Of a DNA stretch of 64,000 bases, positions 38,201 through 50,377 are shown in pieces. This DNA comes from Selaginella moellendorffii (taxonomy: Eukaryota > Plantae > Lycopodiophyta), in contig NW_003314322.1 in the NCBI RefSeq assembly GCF_000143415.4, forward strand, positions 1-64,000, written 5' to 3'. Within the stretch, counting starts at the first letter, position 1, and every line of letters begins with the position of its first letter. A model generated the notes under the pieces. That model saw only the letters and a list, made by a program, of their open reading frames with translations. It searched no databases and was not told the DNA's origin. A program made the position numbers and the translations under genes.

Positions 38201-38889
38201 CAGCATCCATCATAAAATTAATATAACTCATTTGATGTTGTCAAGATTGCATGGAGTTATGCATCCAGGTTGACTGTGAGAATTGCTCATCCCTTGCTGA
38301 GTGTGGCAAAGTTTCTTAAGTCAGAGTTCTCCTTGTTTGATATCTCCTACCTGGCTGTAAATTCCTTGGCACAATGCTCCTGGCTGCCATGGAATCAAAG
38401 ACGTGCTGGTTGTGTTCTTTGCTCTCCACACACAGATATCGAGAAACTCGCTGTTGGTTTGGGCAAATCCCATTTCCATCAGAATGGAACCAGCTCATTG
38501 CTGCTGATCCAAAACCAGTTTTTCATGTTCAACAGCATCACCACCATCACAAGGATCACTTTGCAAAGCCACCATCGCTAAAATCCCAGCAGGGCAAAAG
38601 TAGAATCTGGGATGCAAAGGATGAGGCTGGGAATCCTGAAATCCCATGCTCTTGTTGCGGCAGGTTGAAGGTAGGGACTTTGTTCTTTGTGTCATCTAAG
38701 AATTCTAAGCGAGTTTCTGGCTCTTTCTCATTTTTTTTCTCTCTTTTGTGTTTGGTAGTATGCTCATCAAAAGTGTGTGTAGCACTGGTGCAATGAAAAA
38801 GAGGACACCATCTGTGAGATTTTTCAGCAGGTACATCATCTATTGTCATGTTTGCTGATTTCAATCATTCTTTAGTTTTGAATGAAGCC

Positions 38890-39662
38890 GAGGTAGAGCT
38901 CCATTCCTAAGAGTTATGACACAACACTTAAGAACTTAACTACAAATGTGGATTTCTGCACAAGGGTCACCAACTTGTTGCTGCTTCCGCCACTGCATGA
39001 TGTTTGTGATTTTCTTGCTCAAGCTGGTCATGAGAAAAAACAAAAGCCATAAAAGGCACAGGTTAGAATCAAAGCTGTAAGTCTCAGTAGCAACCAGTAG
39101 TAGTAACAAGGTAAGGAATTTTTTTGTTCATGCCGCTGAGGTTTCTAAGCAAGTTTCTGGCTTACCTTGCTCGTGTTCAATCATTCTTTCGATCATTTTT
39201 TTGTTTCTTTTTCTTTTTCTTGATGTCTGGTGCCTCACTTATGTTTTGCAGCCTTTTAAATGCTACACAGCACCAATCCAATCTCCTGCTGCTCTTATTG
39301 CTCTCTACCTGATGACCACTTGAGGTATGTGTAGTCTTTTCCTTGACGTGCTCGCTAGATTCCTCATAATTTCGTTTATAAAGTTTTTCGGTAGTGCTGC
39401 TTTTTTCATTGAGCAAATTCTGTAAAGCTGAGGTAGAGCTCCATTCCTGAGAATTGTGCTTAAGAACTTTCATAGAAGGGTCACCAAACTGTCACTATTG
39501 ACATTGCTGCATGATGTCTGTGATTTTGTGGCTCAAACTTGTCTTGAGAAAAACCAGTTAAGGCAGGAAAAAAATGACTAAAAAGGCATGAAGGACTTAC
39601 AAACCTGGTAAAGCTGTAGAATACACAGATTGGAATCAAAGCTGTCAGTCTCAGTAGCAACC
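38890..39662 (+). repeat. Diverged direct duplication (~38890-39095 vs ~39430-39662)
   Basis: GAGGTAGAGCTCCATTCCT...AATCAAAGCTGT.AGTCTCAGTAGCAACC is present twice. Confidence 0.7.
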
Positions 39663-39786
39663 TATAAAATAAACATGCCAAGAGAAAGCAAAAAAAGAAA
39701 TAGATTGAACAATTATAATTACAACTACATTTTTTCAAATTGAAAATATTCTCTACTACTCCCAGCGGAGCTGGGATCCCTGCTAG

Positions 39787-40162
39787 TACTCATATATTTA
39801 AATGAAAGAGCCCGTATAATAATAGCATATACTGGCGACACTTATTTTGGGCATATGCTGAGATCTAACGGCCAAGATCTAATTGTCGAAGGTCATGTCG
39901 TTTCAACTCAGAGAAAAATTCAATGTGGCTTTTTAGGGCTGGAAAAAAGCCATTCAGCAACGGGAGAGGCAGCGGGCAGATGTACTCCCTCCTGGATTCT
40001 GTTCTTGCAGACTACTCATATTTTCCACTGGAGGTATGAATTCGATGCCCGATTCTTCGCGGATTGGCATTTTCTCTTTGTTTTCTCAAACAAGTTTTAA
40101 TAAATTGTTCTCTTTTTAGAATTAGCATCTAACCATCCCAGCGGAGCTGGGTTCCCTGCTAG
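39787..40162 (+). mobile_element. 376-bp minimal Helitron unit
   Basis: TACTCATATATTTAAATGAAAGAGCC start; hairpin at 40137-40151; CTAG at 40159-40162. Confidence 0.8.
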
Positions 40163-40820
40163 TACTCATATATTTAAACGAAAGAGCCCGTATAATAATA
40201 GCATATACTGGCGACACTTATTCTGGGCNNNNNNNNNNNNNNNNNNNNNNNNNNNNNNNNNNNNNNNNNNNNNNNNNNNNNNNNNNNNNNNNNNNNNNNN
40301 NNNNNNNNNNNNNNNNNNNNNNNNNNNNATGCTGAGATCTAACGGCCAAGATCTAATTGTCGAAGGTCATGTCGTTTCAAATCAGAGAAAAATTTCATGT
40401 GGCTTTTTAGGGCTGGAAAAAATGCATTCAACGACAGGAGAGGCAGCGGGCAGATGTACTCTCTCCTGGATTCTGTTCTTGCAGACTACTTATATTTTCC
40501 ACTGGAGGTCAGAATCATACTCATATATTTAAATGAAAGAGCCCGTATAATAATAGCATATACTGGCGACACTTATTTTGGGCATATGCTGAGATCTAAC
40601 GGCCAAGATCTAATTGTCGAAGGTCATGTCGTTTCAAATCAGAGAAAAATTTCATGTGGCTTTTTAGGGCTGGAAAAAATGCATTCAGCGACGGGAGAGG
40701 CAGCGGGCAGATGTACTCTCTCCTGGATTCTGTTCTTGCAGACTACTTATATTTTCCACTGGAGGTCAGAATTCGATGCCCGATTCTTCGCGGATTGGCA
40801 TTTTCTCTTTGTTTTTCTCA
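40163..40820 (+). repeat. Two further tandem copies of the Helitron 5' module
   Basis: Copies start at 40163 (spans an N-gap) and 40515 (TCATACTCATATATTTAAATG). Near-identical to 39787-40088. Confidence 0.8.
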
Positions 40821-42489
40821 ATTTATATTTTTCTCTGCCTTCCACGGATTGGTAGGTAAATCTGGAATTATGAATGCTTCTTTTCTTAGCACCTCCAGCC
40901 AAGAGCAAGGAGAAGAAGAAGATGGTGCTGCATCCTCCGGTTATTATCCTCCAGTGATTCTCAAGGAGCCACACCAAAACTCTGGAAGAGGTTAGCAGTA
41001 GAACTTCTCATCGATTAATGGGAGGCAACTCAATATACCTGACTATAAACCATGGAGGCACTCTTCTCGTAGCCCAGAAAAAATTCCAGAGAAGTGAAGA
41101 ACCAATCTGGAACGACAACCAGCTCCAGCATCTGAGTCATCTCCTCTGGTTCCTCAGACGATGAGCTGCTCAAGGTCTTGTTGCTCATTCTCGTCAGGTA
41201 ATGTGCAGGTGTGCTACAATCTTGAAAACTCATGTAGAAAAGGTTTTGTGGACAGTGAGGGTGTGAAGAGTCTTAATATTTCTGTGGAAGGTCTAAGTCA
41301 AGCTACTATACTATGTAGCACTAACTCTGTGACGAAGAGCGTGTCTATGAAACTAAGATGGGTACGACTTCTTGTTTGGAGGTAAATCATTTTTTTTAAT
41401 TAATCACGTATGTTACTAATCAAGTGGCATGGCAGGGTGCTGGAAAGACCTCCATATTATGCACTGTGGTGGCATAGCATGAACACTGATATCAACAATT
41501 TTTTTTTCCAGACATCAAGTGTCATGAAAGCGTTTCATGCAGTGTAGGATACATAGATTCAGTAGGCGTTAACTTTCAGGTAAAAATTTCTTCCTTACTC
41601 TGCTTTGATTGGTTTACCAATTGGTTCTATATAGGACCTATCATATGAAGAAGAGCAGCTGAAGAATGGTTTGTTGAGAGCAGATCCATATAAAGCCTTG
41701 ACTTGGTAATTATCGTGCACAATCTGGCTCACAAGAGTCCCAGGCTGCGACAACAGGCTGCCGATCACTCTCGACCAGCTCTTGGCACCCTCCTGGACGA
41801 GATCACTACTGCTGAGGTCCCTTTTGTTTTAGATCTTGCCATAAGTGCCGACTGGCATCAGCTTTCAAGCGTTACAGCCATGGACGTGTACAAGTCCACT
41901 CCCGACTTGACAAAGTCCCAGGAACTGCAGAGACTGGGACATCGTTGGAGGAAGGTCTCTTTTTTATATCGATTTTTTGTTTTCACCATTTTTGCAGAAA
42001 AAATTATTGGAGATTTAAAATCTCCTACAGATCAATGGGTGGCAAAAGAAAGAGGAAAACATGTGATCTAATTTTACATGAAGGCTGTATAATAAAAAAA
42101 AGTTCAACAACTTTGAATTCATCTCTATATATGAATAGAAGCATGGATGTAAGTGTGAGAAACCTGGTATCCTTTGAAGAACCCCCAACAATTCCAAGAT
42201 TGATACCCTCTCGAAAAGCCTTTTACCACAGCTTTTTCTGTCATTCATTTCTTCACTTGGGGCAGAGTCATTGCACTTGAGGATAAAAAATTACAGAGTC
42301 ATACCGATATGATAGCCCGGGTTAAAAGATTACAGAGGGTGAATCTCTTTTGGCAAGATGGCCGGGGAAAAACTCAGTATCATGGCTCTCTATGATGGCA
42401 CGATGGCAAGCTTGAGCAGGCAAAGTACAAGAGGCCCATGTAAATGATGTGAAACTCCATGGTGGTGGGCTTTGCTCTCTAGACAAGGA

Positions 42490-43230
42490 CGGGAAGCTCT
42501 AGAGCTCTTCCATGCCATGGCCTTGAAATAGGAGGAGATCGCTTTCGTGAACGTGTGGCAGTCCTTGGAGTCTTTGGAGTCTGCAGCCATGGCTTGAATC
42601 TCACTGCAGATCACTTCAGCAGCATGTGTTTGCAAGGGCCGGGAAGCTGAAGGATTCCAAGGGGATGCTGGGCAAGAGGAGTGAGAGAGTCTGTTGGGAG
42701 CTTGTTGAATGTACTGGGATCTAAGCACTGCCTTGCAGACGGCACAGGAGTTTGGTGGTTGTAACAAGGATCTTTTTTCATATATAATGCTTGCAAAAGG
42801 TGGCAGTTAAGTTTTTTGAAGTGTTTTGTNNNNNNNNNNNNNNNNNNNNNNNNNNNNNNNNNNNNNNNNNNNNNNNNNNNNNNNNNNNNNNNNNNNNNNN
42901 NNNNNNNNNNNNNNNNNNNNNNNNNNNNNNNNNNNNNNNNNNNNNNNNNNNNNNNNNNNNNNNNNNNNNNNNNNNNNNNNNNNNNNNNNNNNNNNNNNNN
43001 NNNNNNNNNNNNNNNNNNNNNNNNNNNNNNNNNNNNNNNNNNNNNNNNNNNNNNNNNNNNNNNNNNNNNNNNNNNNNNNNNNNNNNNNNNNNNNNNNNNN
43101 NNNNNNNNNNNNCTGACCTCATCTCCAGATAATGTAAATGCCAGAGAATATTTTTTTTGGTGTGTCTGCTCTTTTGTGAAGGCGCTTCCGTTTTTCTTGC
43201 TCATCTGTCTCACGCTCACTGAATAATCAA
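42490..43230 (-). repeat. Inverted copy of cargo 15060-15810
   Basis: Reverse-complement identity on both sides of the N-gap. Confidence 0.8.
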
Positions 43231-43985
43231 ACTAAATGTGCCTAGAGGCAATGTGATCCCAGAGCCAGCCAACACATATCCTAGGCTCTGCCCTTGATGC
43301 TCATGGCAATCCGCTGCAATTGGAGGGAAAAGAGAAAAAACTCAGTTAAAACTGGATCTTACAAGTACAAAACAAAACAAAGAAAAATGCTACCTGTACA
43401 CTGGTTGGAGAGCTTGATCAACGTATTTTAGTGGTTGTTTCTCCATTTGAAGAGTTCCCCTTGCAGGATAAAAGTCTATTGCTAAGCAAACATGAGTCGC
43501 AATCTACAAGGAAAAAGTCAATTTAGAAAGCAAGATCAATCCCGGAATCTCTCTTTCAGCACATGCGCAATTAACCTGTTCAAAAGATCAGTGCAAGTTT
43601 TAAGTCAGAAATATCACATTGTTTCTGCTGATTATGACGCTCTTATGCATGCTCTTCATGGCAAAATACTGGCAGGAACCTTTCAACTCTACTAAATTTA
43701 CACTTGCATCACAAAAAGGCTTTTTAATCCCATATATAAGAAACGACTATGAAAAAACTCACCTTCATGTGTCACCAAAATCTAGAGATTTGACAGACTG
43801 AAAATGGTGGAGTCAGTTTCTCACCACTAGTTTGAATCTGCATTTAAAACAAACAAGAAAACTGGAGAAGTCATCAGACTAAACATGCGCTCATGAATCT
43901 TTCTAATAGCACCCCAAGAGTTTAGATAAACAGCTTTAAAGTGTTTAGCCCAAAGGTCGTTGGTTGTCTTGTCTGGACACGCGAA

Positions 43986-44592
43986 TCTCTATCACCATAC
44001 TCCCTTCTTTAAACGTGCTATTGGCATAAGGCATATGGCATCCGGCGTCTTTTATTCCATTTTTAGAATATTATTTGTGAATATGCTTATAATCTAACGG
44101 TTCAAATTCAAAAACTTCAAATAGATGGCATAGATCAAGTGCCAAAAAGGGGTGGCAACGCTTCAATGTGATTTTAGTGATGCTCCAAATCAAGTGAAAT
44201 TTTTTAGGGCGATTAGGCAGATTGTGAGCTACAATCTCTGTGTGTGTGTGTGTGTGTGTTAATATTTCCTTTAGTTGGAGCAAGGTTTTGGAAATGAAGA
44301 TCGTGTGCCCAGATGAGACAAGCCATTTGCTAGGGAGAAAAGCTGAGAAAATTGGTGAAATGGCTTTATATTTTTTCATTTTTGTGTTAGAACTAAAACT
44401 TTGCAGCTTTCTTTCAGCCTATGCAAGACAATGATTTAAATCCAAGCCTTCAGGAGGAGTACATCCCTGCTGTAAACAACTCTCCTCCATCCCCCTTGCT
44501 GCCATCAGCAAATGGTGGGCTTTCCAAGGAGATAAACATGGAAGAAAGTGATGTCAAGTGCTGCACGATTATGGAGAGATTGATGTTCCAAA
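43986..44592 (+). mobile_element. Helitron 5' portion truncated at the LTR element
   Basis: A|TCTCTATCACCATACTCCCTTCTTTAAACGTGCTATTGGC matches the 32420 start; no 3' end before the LTR. Confidence 0.7.
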
Positions 44593-45167
44593 CCGGCACC
44601 AACCAAGTCCATGCTCACTCCCACCCAAGGCCCCTCGGTCCCAGTCTCAACCTCAAATCGGTTTGGAAGCCCCACTGGAGAGTCTCTTCAAAACTGGTTC
44701 CTGGACCTCACTATCCCTACTATACTTTTGGAACCCTCTGCAGCCCCCCCCCCCTGGGAGACGCATGCTTTGGGCTTTCACCCCTTGACCTATATTAGTA
44801 TTTGGACTTAGTCTCTGGCTCAATCTCGGACCCAATTTCGAATCCGACTTCGGATTCGGTCTCGGACTCGGTCTCGGACTCGATCTTGGACCCGATCTCG
44901 GACCCGACCTCGGACTCGACCTCGGACTCGGTCTCGGACCCGATTTCGGATCTCGGACTCCGTCTCGAACTCGGTCTCGAACTCGGACTCGAACTCAGTC
45001 CCCGAGTCGGTCTCCGACTTGATTCCGGACTCTATCTCGAACTCGGTTCTAGAGTCGGTCTTGGACTCGATCCTCGACTTGGTCCCATCCGATGAACTCT
45101 TTGTCATTTTGGTCATGCTTTCGGGGTTCCTTTAGCCTACGACATCTCGGCGAGTTGGTTCCTTACA
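44593..45167 (-). repeat. 3' LTR, distal ~570 bp missing
   Basis: Near-identical to 50948-51524; contains a 6/12-bp-period (TCGGAC)n tandem array. Confidence 0.9.
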
Positions 45168-45952
45168 ACTCCACCACCCATAGAAGTTCGATGCCCACAT
45201 CGAACGTCTCGTTTTATCCTACGACTTGTTGACCATGTCTCCGGGGGCATCCCCCCACTTAGCGGTGTGCCTAAGTTAGCCTCCCCGGCCAAGAGCCCAT
45301 GACAACGGAATATAGGTGTCCCTATATTCCTCACCTCACCACACCCTAGTATGGGGTCGGGACTTGAACCCAGCCTTGCTTTACTAGGGGGTTGGGACTC
45401 GAACCCAACCTCCGTAGAATATGTCTACGGATTCGACATCCCCGCAGGGAGTCGGGCGTAGCTCCCTACGCCTGGTCGACCTAGCTAACCCATGCTAATT
45501 AGCTTACCTTCGGCGCGCCTTCAGGTCCCAACATATGCCACTTGCTCAACTTTGCAAATTGATATTTTTAATTGAACTTTGCATAAGTACATAGAGTTCT
45601 GCCTTGCAGAAATTCCTCCACTAGATCTCGCGTGTTCGCTAGGTTCTCCTTCGGTTCCCATGTTGCTTCGCAGTGTGGAAATCCTTTCCACTTCATATGG
45701 AACTCTCTCACCTCGCGTCCTTGTCGCTTGCTCTTGCGCGCATTGAGGATGGCCTCGACTTTGTATTCCTCTTCCCCTTGGATAACCTTAGGTAAAGGTC
45801 TTACTTGGTCCTTGCGAAGCAGATCCTCAAAGTACGGCTTGAGTAAGTTCACGTGGAACACTAGGTGCATCTTCCCCATCTCTTGAGGACGTCGGAGTCG
45901 GTAAGCCACTTTACCGATTCGTGCCTCAATCTCGTAAGGCCCCGCGAACTTG

Positions 45953-46001
45953 CTTAAGGAACTCAAGATCAATTCATTTATAGGAATACATGCATTTTTA
46001 C
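45953..46001 (-). other. 49-nt GT-AG intron-like insert in integrase C-terminal GPY/F region
   Basis: AAAG|GTAAAA...CCTTAAG|C. Removal joins RKLTQ to SKFAGPYEI; this needs a separate 1-nt frameshift ~15 nt upstream. Confidence 0.6.
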
Positions 46002-46418
46002 CTTTGGGTCAACTTTCGGCTGTCCCACTTGGTAGCCTGAGGTTCTTGGTGTTCAGCCACACCTTCTCCCCAGCTTGGAACTCTACATCCCGGCGCTTTA
46101 GGTTCACGTACTTGGTTTGCCTTTGTTGAGCCCGTTCCAAGGAATCCCTCACTAGATTCCAAATGTTGAGTCTTTCCGCCGTGAATGCCTCCACTGCGGG
46201 TAGCTCTCCATGATACTTGGCCACGCCGAGTTCCACAGGACCTTCAATAGCTCGCCCATTGATGACTTCCCATGGACTCACCCCGATACTCGAATGTGGT
46301 GAGTTGTTATAACACATTTCCGCAAGTCCCAAATGACTTACCCAATCGGTCTGGTCTCCCGAGACATAGCATCGCAAATAATCCTCCAGCTGCCTATTCA
46401 CCCTTTCTGTTTGTCCAT

Positions 46419-46465
46419 CTGTTAAGAAGTGTTAGTGTCACCAAACTTGACTTAATACCCCATAC
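46419..46465 (-). other. 47-nt GT-AG spliceosomal-intron-like insert in integrase core
   Basis: ACAG|GTATGG...CACTAAC...TTAACAG|AT. Removal gives in-frame NTAYHPQTDGQTERVNR. Confidence 0.8.
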
Positions 46466-49400
46466 CTGTCTGTGGGTGATAGGCGGTGTTGAATTTCAAC
46501 TTGGTGCAATACTATTCTAGGAGAGTCCTCCAGAACCTACTAGTGAAGATCTTATCTCGATCTGAGATGATCTCTTCTAGCCTTCCCCGCACTCGAACCA
46601 CTTGTTCAAAGAACAGCTTCGCCACACCTTTCGCATCCACTTCCGTTGTGGTGGGTATGAAATGTGCCATTTTCGAAAATCGGTCCACCACCACGAATAT
46701 CGCATCAAACCCCTCGCTTGGGGGAAGTCCCGTGATGAAGTCCATCGTAAGACATTTCCACGAACGATCTGGAATTGGGATGCTTTGCAACAAGCCCCCA
46801 CTAGCCTTAGTCACGGCTTTGACCTGCTGACATGTTGGACATGTCTTTACATAGTCTTGGACGTCCTTAGCCATATCTGGCCAATGGTACTTCCTCTTGA
46901 GTAAGCCCATCGTCTTGGGCACTCCGCCGTGTCCCACAAGAGGTCCGTCATGACACTCTTCTAAGGCTACCTTTCTTAGTTCCCCTTCTGGAACATACAC
47001 CCTCGTTTGCTTGTAATAGATGAGTCCGTTGCGTTCCGCATAGCCCGTTTTCTCTTCCGTTGGCAGCTCACCTCTCTGGTGAGCTTCCCGCGCCTCTAGA
47101 TTCCTCAGCAACACTTCTTGTGCTAGACCATCGTTCTCATATGCTATCCGCACATCGTCCCAGAAGGTTGCTGTTGCGCTGGATATCGCTAACCTCAAGC
47201 TCACTTTTCGACTTAGCGCATCTGCCACGATGTTGCTCTTCCCAGGCTTGTACAGAATCTCGCAATCAAACTCGGCTTGTTTCCCTCTCAGGTCGGGCTG
47301 TGACAAGAAGTGTTTCGTTGCCACATTGTCCGTGTAAACCTTGAAGTGTCTCCCAAGGTAGTGTCGCCACTCCTTGAGCGCCTTGACCACCGCAAACAAT
47401 TCCTTCTCGTGAGCAGGCCACTTCCGTTGAGCCTTGTCCAACTTCTTCGAGAAGAACGCTATTGGATGGTTGTCTTGCTTCAAAACTGCGCCCAACGCAA
47501 AGTCCGAAGCATCCGTGTCTACCTCAAAGTCCTTACCAAAATCTGGTAATGCCAACACGGGAGCCTTCCTCAACTTCCCCTTGAGGTGGACGAATGCTGC
47601 CTCACATTCTGCTGTCCATACCATCTTCCCTTTTCCTATTTGGTCCATTAAGGGTAGGGCTACTCTCGAATAGTGTCTGATAAACTTTCGATAGTAGTTA
47701 CATATCCCCAAGAATGCCCTTAACTCGTGTACATTCGATGGTCGCTCCCATTCCTGGATCGCTTGGACCTTCTCCGGGTCCACCTTGAGCCCGTCTTGGC
47801 CCACCACATGCCCGAGAAACTTTACCTCTTGTTGAGCAAAGTCACATTTGCTCTCTTTAGCATACAGTTTGTGTTCCCTTAGTTTCTCAAACACCTTCGC
47901 CAAATGTTCGGCATGCTCCTCTAGCGTCTCGCTATAGATCAGGATGTCGTCGATATAGACGACCACGAAGTGATCCAGATAGGGTACAAAGATGTGGTTC
48001 ATCAGCGCCAAAAACGTTGCCGGCGTATTGCATAGCCCGAAGGGCATCACCAGAAACTCAAAGCTCCCATACCTCGTTTGACAGGTTGTCTTCTCGACAT
48101 CTTCCTCGGCTACCCTGATCTGGTAGTATCCTGACCTTAGGTCAATCCTCAAGAAGTATTTTGCCTTTCCCAACCTATCGAACAGGTCCTCAATTCTTGG
48201 CAAAGGGTACTTGTTCTTCTTTGTATACTTGTTGAGCAACCGGTAGTCTATGCACATGCGCATAGAACCATCTTTCTTTTTCACAAATAACACCGGCGCC
48301 CCATACGGCGACTTGCTCAACCTAACATACCCTTTGTCCACCAACTCCTCTAGTTGGCACTTGAGCTCCTTGAGTTCTTTTTCGTTCAAACGATAGGGGA
48401 GACGAACCACTGCCTCAGCACCCTCGACCAGCTCAATCTTATGTTCTATCGGTCGTGCGGGGGGCAACCCCGCCGGTAGCTCCTCTGGCATGGTATCCTG
48501 GAATTGGTCCAACACCCGCTGGATCACCAAAGGTACTTCTTCCTTTCCTGTCTTTTTGTCACTCTTCACCGAGAGTAAGCACAAAAAAGCTGCCTTAGTT
48601 CCTTTGGTGAGTTGTCCTCTCGTGGACACCAGGTTTAAGTAGGAATCTTTGGCCTTACTTTGCCCTACCTTTAGATCCTGGGCCTCCACCCTAGATCTTC
48701 TTCCTTGGGCATTCGCCAGTACCACAAGGTTCCTACCTTGTCCATGCAGGGCTACCACGAACCGATTAAATCAATCCATTCCGAAGATCACGTCAAATCC
48801 CGCCATGTCCAACACGGTGAAATCCCTGTCTACTTTCCATGTCCCTACTTCGACTCTCGCTTGTCGAAGTACCTCATCGGTGCTTTGGCTACCTTGAACA
48901 CACTCTATAGTCCTTGGTTCGCCTAGCCGCTGCACCGTTAGTCCGGCTTGCCGGACTATGTCTGCAGCCACAAAATTATCCGAAGCACCCGTGTCAATAA
49001 GGATCTTAACAAAGCTACCTCCGAGCTTCCCTCGGAGGGCTAGTAGATGTCGCGAACGACTCTCTACCAAAGTTGCTCGTGTAATGAGTAACTTTGAGTT
49101 AGGGACTGGATCACATACCTCAGTTTGGACTTCACCCGACTTGATGGCCATATTGGCTCTAGCCTTCTTCGGGTAGGGACATTCCCTCGAAAAGTGTCCC
49201 GCTTCACCGCAGTTGTAGCATACGTTGTTTCCCACGCGGCTATACGACTTGACCTTTTTATCCGTGGGTTTGTCTTTTTACGCTTGACTCCCCCACGTAT
49301 TCGCTTGCTGGCCACCGGATTTGCCTTTTTGGAACCCCGAGGACTCATTCTTAGAGAAACTCTTCTTGAATTTCCCCCTGCTATACGTTCCCTTTGGTTT

Positions 49401-50362
49401 GGCCCCTTTGCTAAACGTGGATCCCGACCCCGTCGTGTTCCCCTTTCGCAGATTATCGTTAAAATGCACCTTGATGGCCGCATCCAACGCTTCCTTGTAG
49501 TTGGTCGGGTTCCACCACATCACCTCACCGCGAGCCCAGGTTTGCAAATGTGATATGAAGGCATGGAATGCATCCATATCCCCCATGTCCGTTACCAGTA
49601 TCCTCTTTGCCATAAACCCATTCACATATTCTTGGATGGTTCCAGTCTGCTTCAGCCTACTCAGCTCATCTCTCAGATGTAGAGTGGCATTCAGAGGAAC
49701 GTATGTTGCGCGGATCCTCGCCTTCATCATGTCCCAAGTGGCCACCGGTCCTTCGTTGGCCTCTGTCGTTCTCCACCAAGACTTGGCATTATCTGCCAAG
49801 TATGGTTTTGCACATGGGACCTTCTCCGAGCTCGGTAATCGCAACGCTCGGAAGTAGTCCTCCATATCGTAAAACCAATCCTCCACCACCTTATAGTCAT
49901 TCACTCCCTTGAAGACCGGTGGGGGCTTTGGTTTGTACTTGGGAACTGCCTGAGGGACTGATTCTACTTCAGTCTATTCGACCTTGTCTGGTTTTACCTC
50001 AGTCCCGGCCGAAAGGTCCGCACCTTCTGCACTGCCAGCATCTGCAGTCTTTCTCTTTTTCTTCCGCCTCTCGTCACGCTTTAGCTTGCGTACAAGAGTT
50101 TCCAGCAGGGCATTGGTCTGTGCCAACTGTCCTTCTCGCACGTCCAATCGAGCTTTGGACGACCGAACCTCGCCACCGGACTCCTGTTTGGAAGTTTCCT
50201 CACTAGAGTCCTCCTCATGCAAGGATTCCTCATCCATAGCCTCTTGTTCAACCGGAGGCTCCAGCTCCGGCAGAGGTTTTGTCTCCGCCTGGGTTCGCTT
50301 ACGCCCTGCCCTTGCCATCTCCCAGCAATCCACCTCTATCCTTTGCTAGAACTGAGGAAAAT

Positions 50363-50374
50363 GCTCCGATACCA
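50363..50374 (-). promoter_or_regulatory. Primer binding site (tRNA-Met type)
   Basis: Minus strand TGGTATCGGAGC, 3 nt after the LTR end. Confidence 0.85.
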
Positions 50375-50377
50375 AAT

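Larger units (their letters stand above)
32420..39786 (+). mobile_element. Helitron (~7.4 kb) with hydrolase and SDR cargo
   Basis: A|TCTCTATCACCATCATCATACTCCCTTATTTAAAC start; degenerate internal terminator 37212-37226; TCCCAGCGGAGCTGGGA at 39760-39776 and CTAG at 39783-39786. Confidence 0.75.
45568..50333 (-). pseudogene. gag-pol polyprotein with premature stops and intron-like inserts
   Basis: CYNCGEAGHFSREC zinc knuckle, LIDTGAS protease, YIDDILI RT, TDASD RNase H, HGG..C..CQ and MDFITGLP integrase, KWKGF..TWEP chromodomain. In-frame stops at 49974, 49278, 48771 and 46512 separate the called ORFs. Confidence 0.92.

Noticed and set aside
39787-40820. Regularly repeated units with a palindrome, superficially CRISPR- or attC-like
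   Set aside because: Units are near-identical over hundreds of bp with no unique spacers, no cas or integrase genes, and a eukaryotic context. Explained as Helitron ends.
44802-45116. RD/RV-rich and SD-rich ORFs resembling SR or repeat proteins (also 51159-51473 and 51713-51968)
   Set aside because: Translations of the hexamer tandem array inside the LTRs.
48771-49976. Stops between gag and pol ORFs as programmed readthrough or frameshift sites
   Set aside because: Several in-frame stops are scattered, one replacing the conserved Trp of GMDW. Simple mutational decay explains them better.
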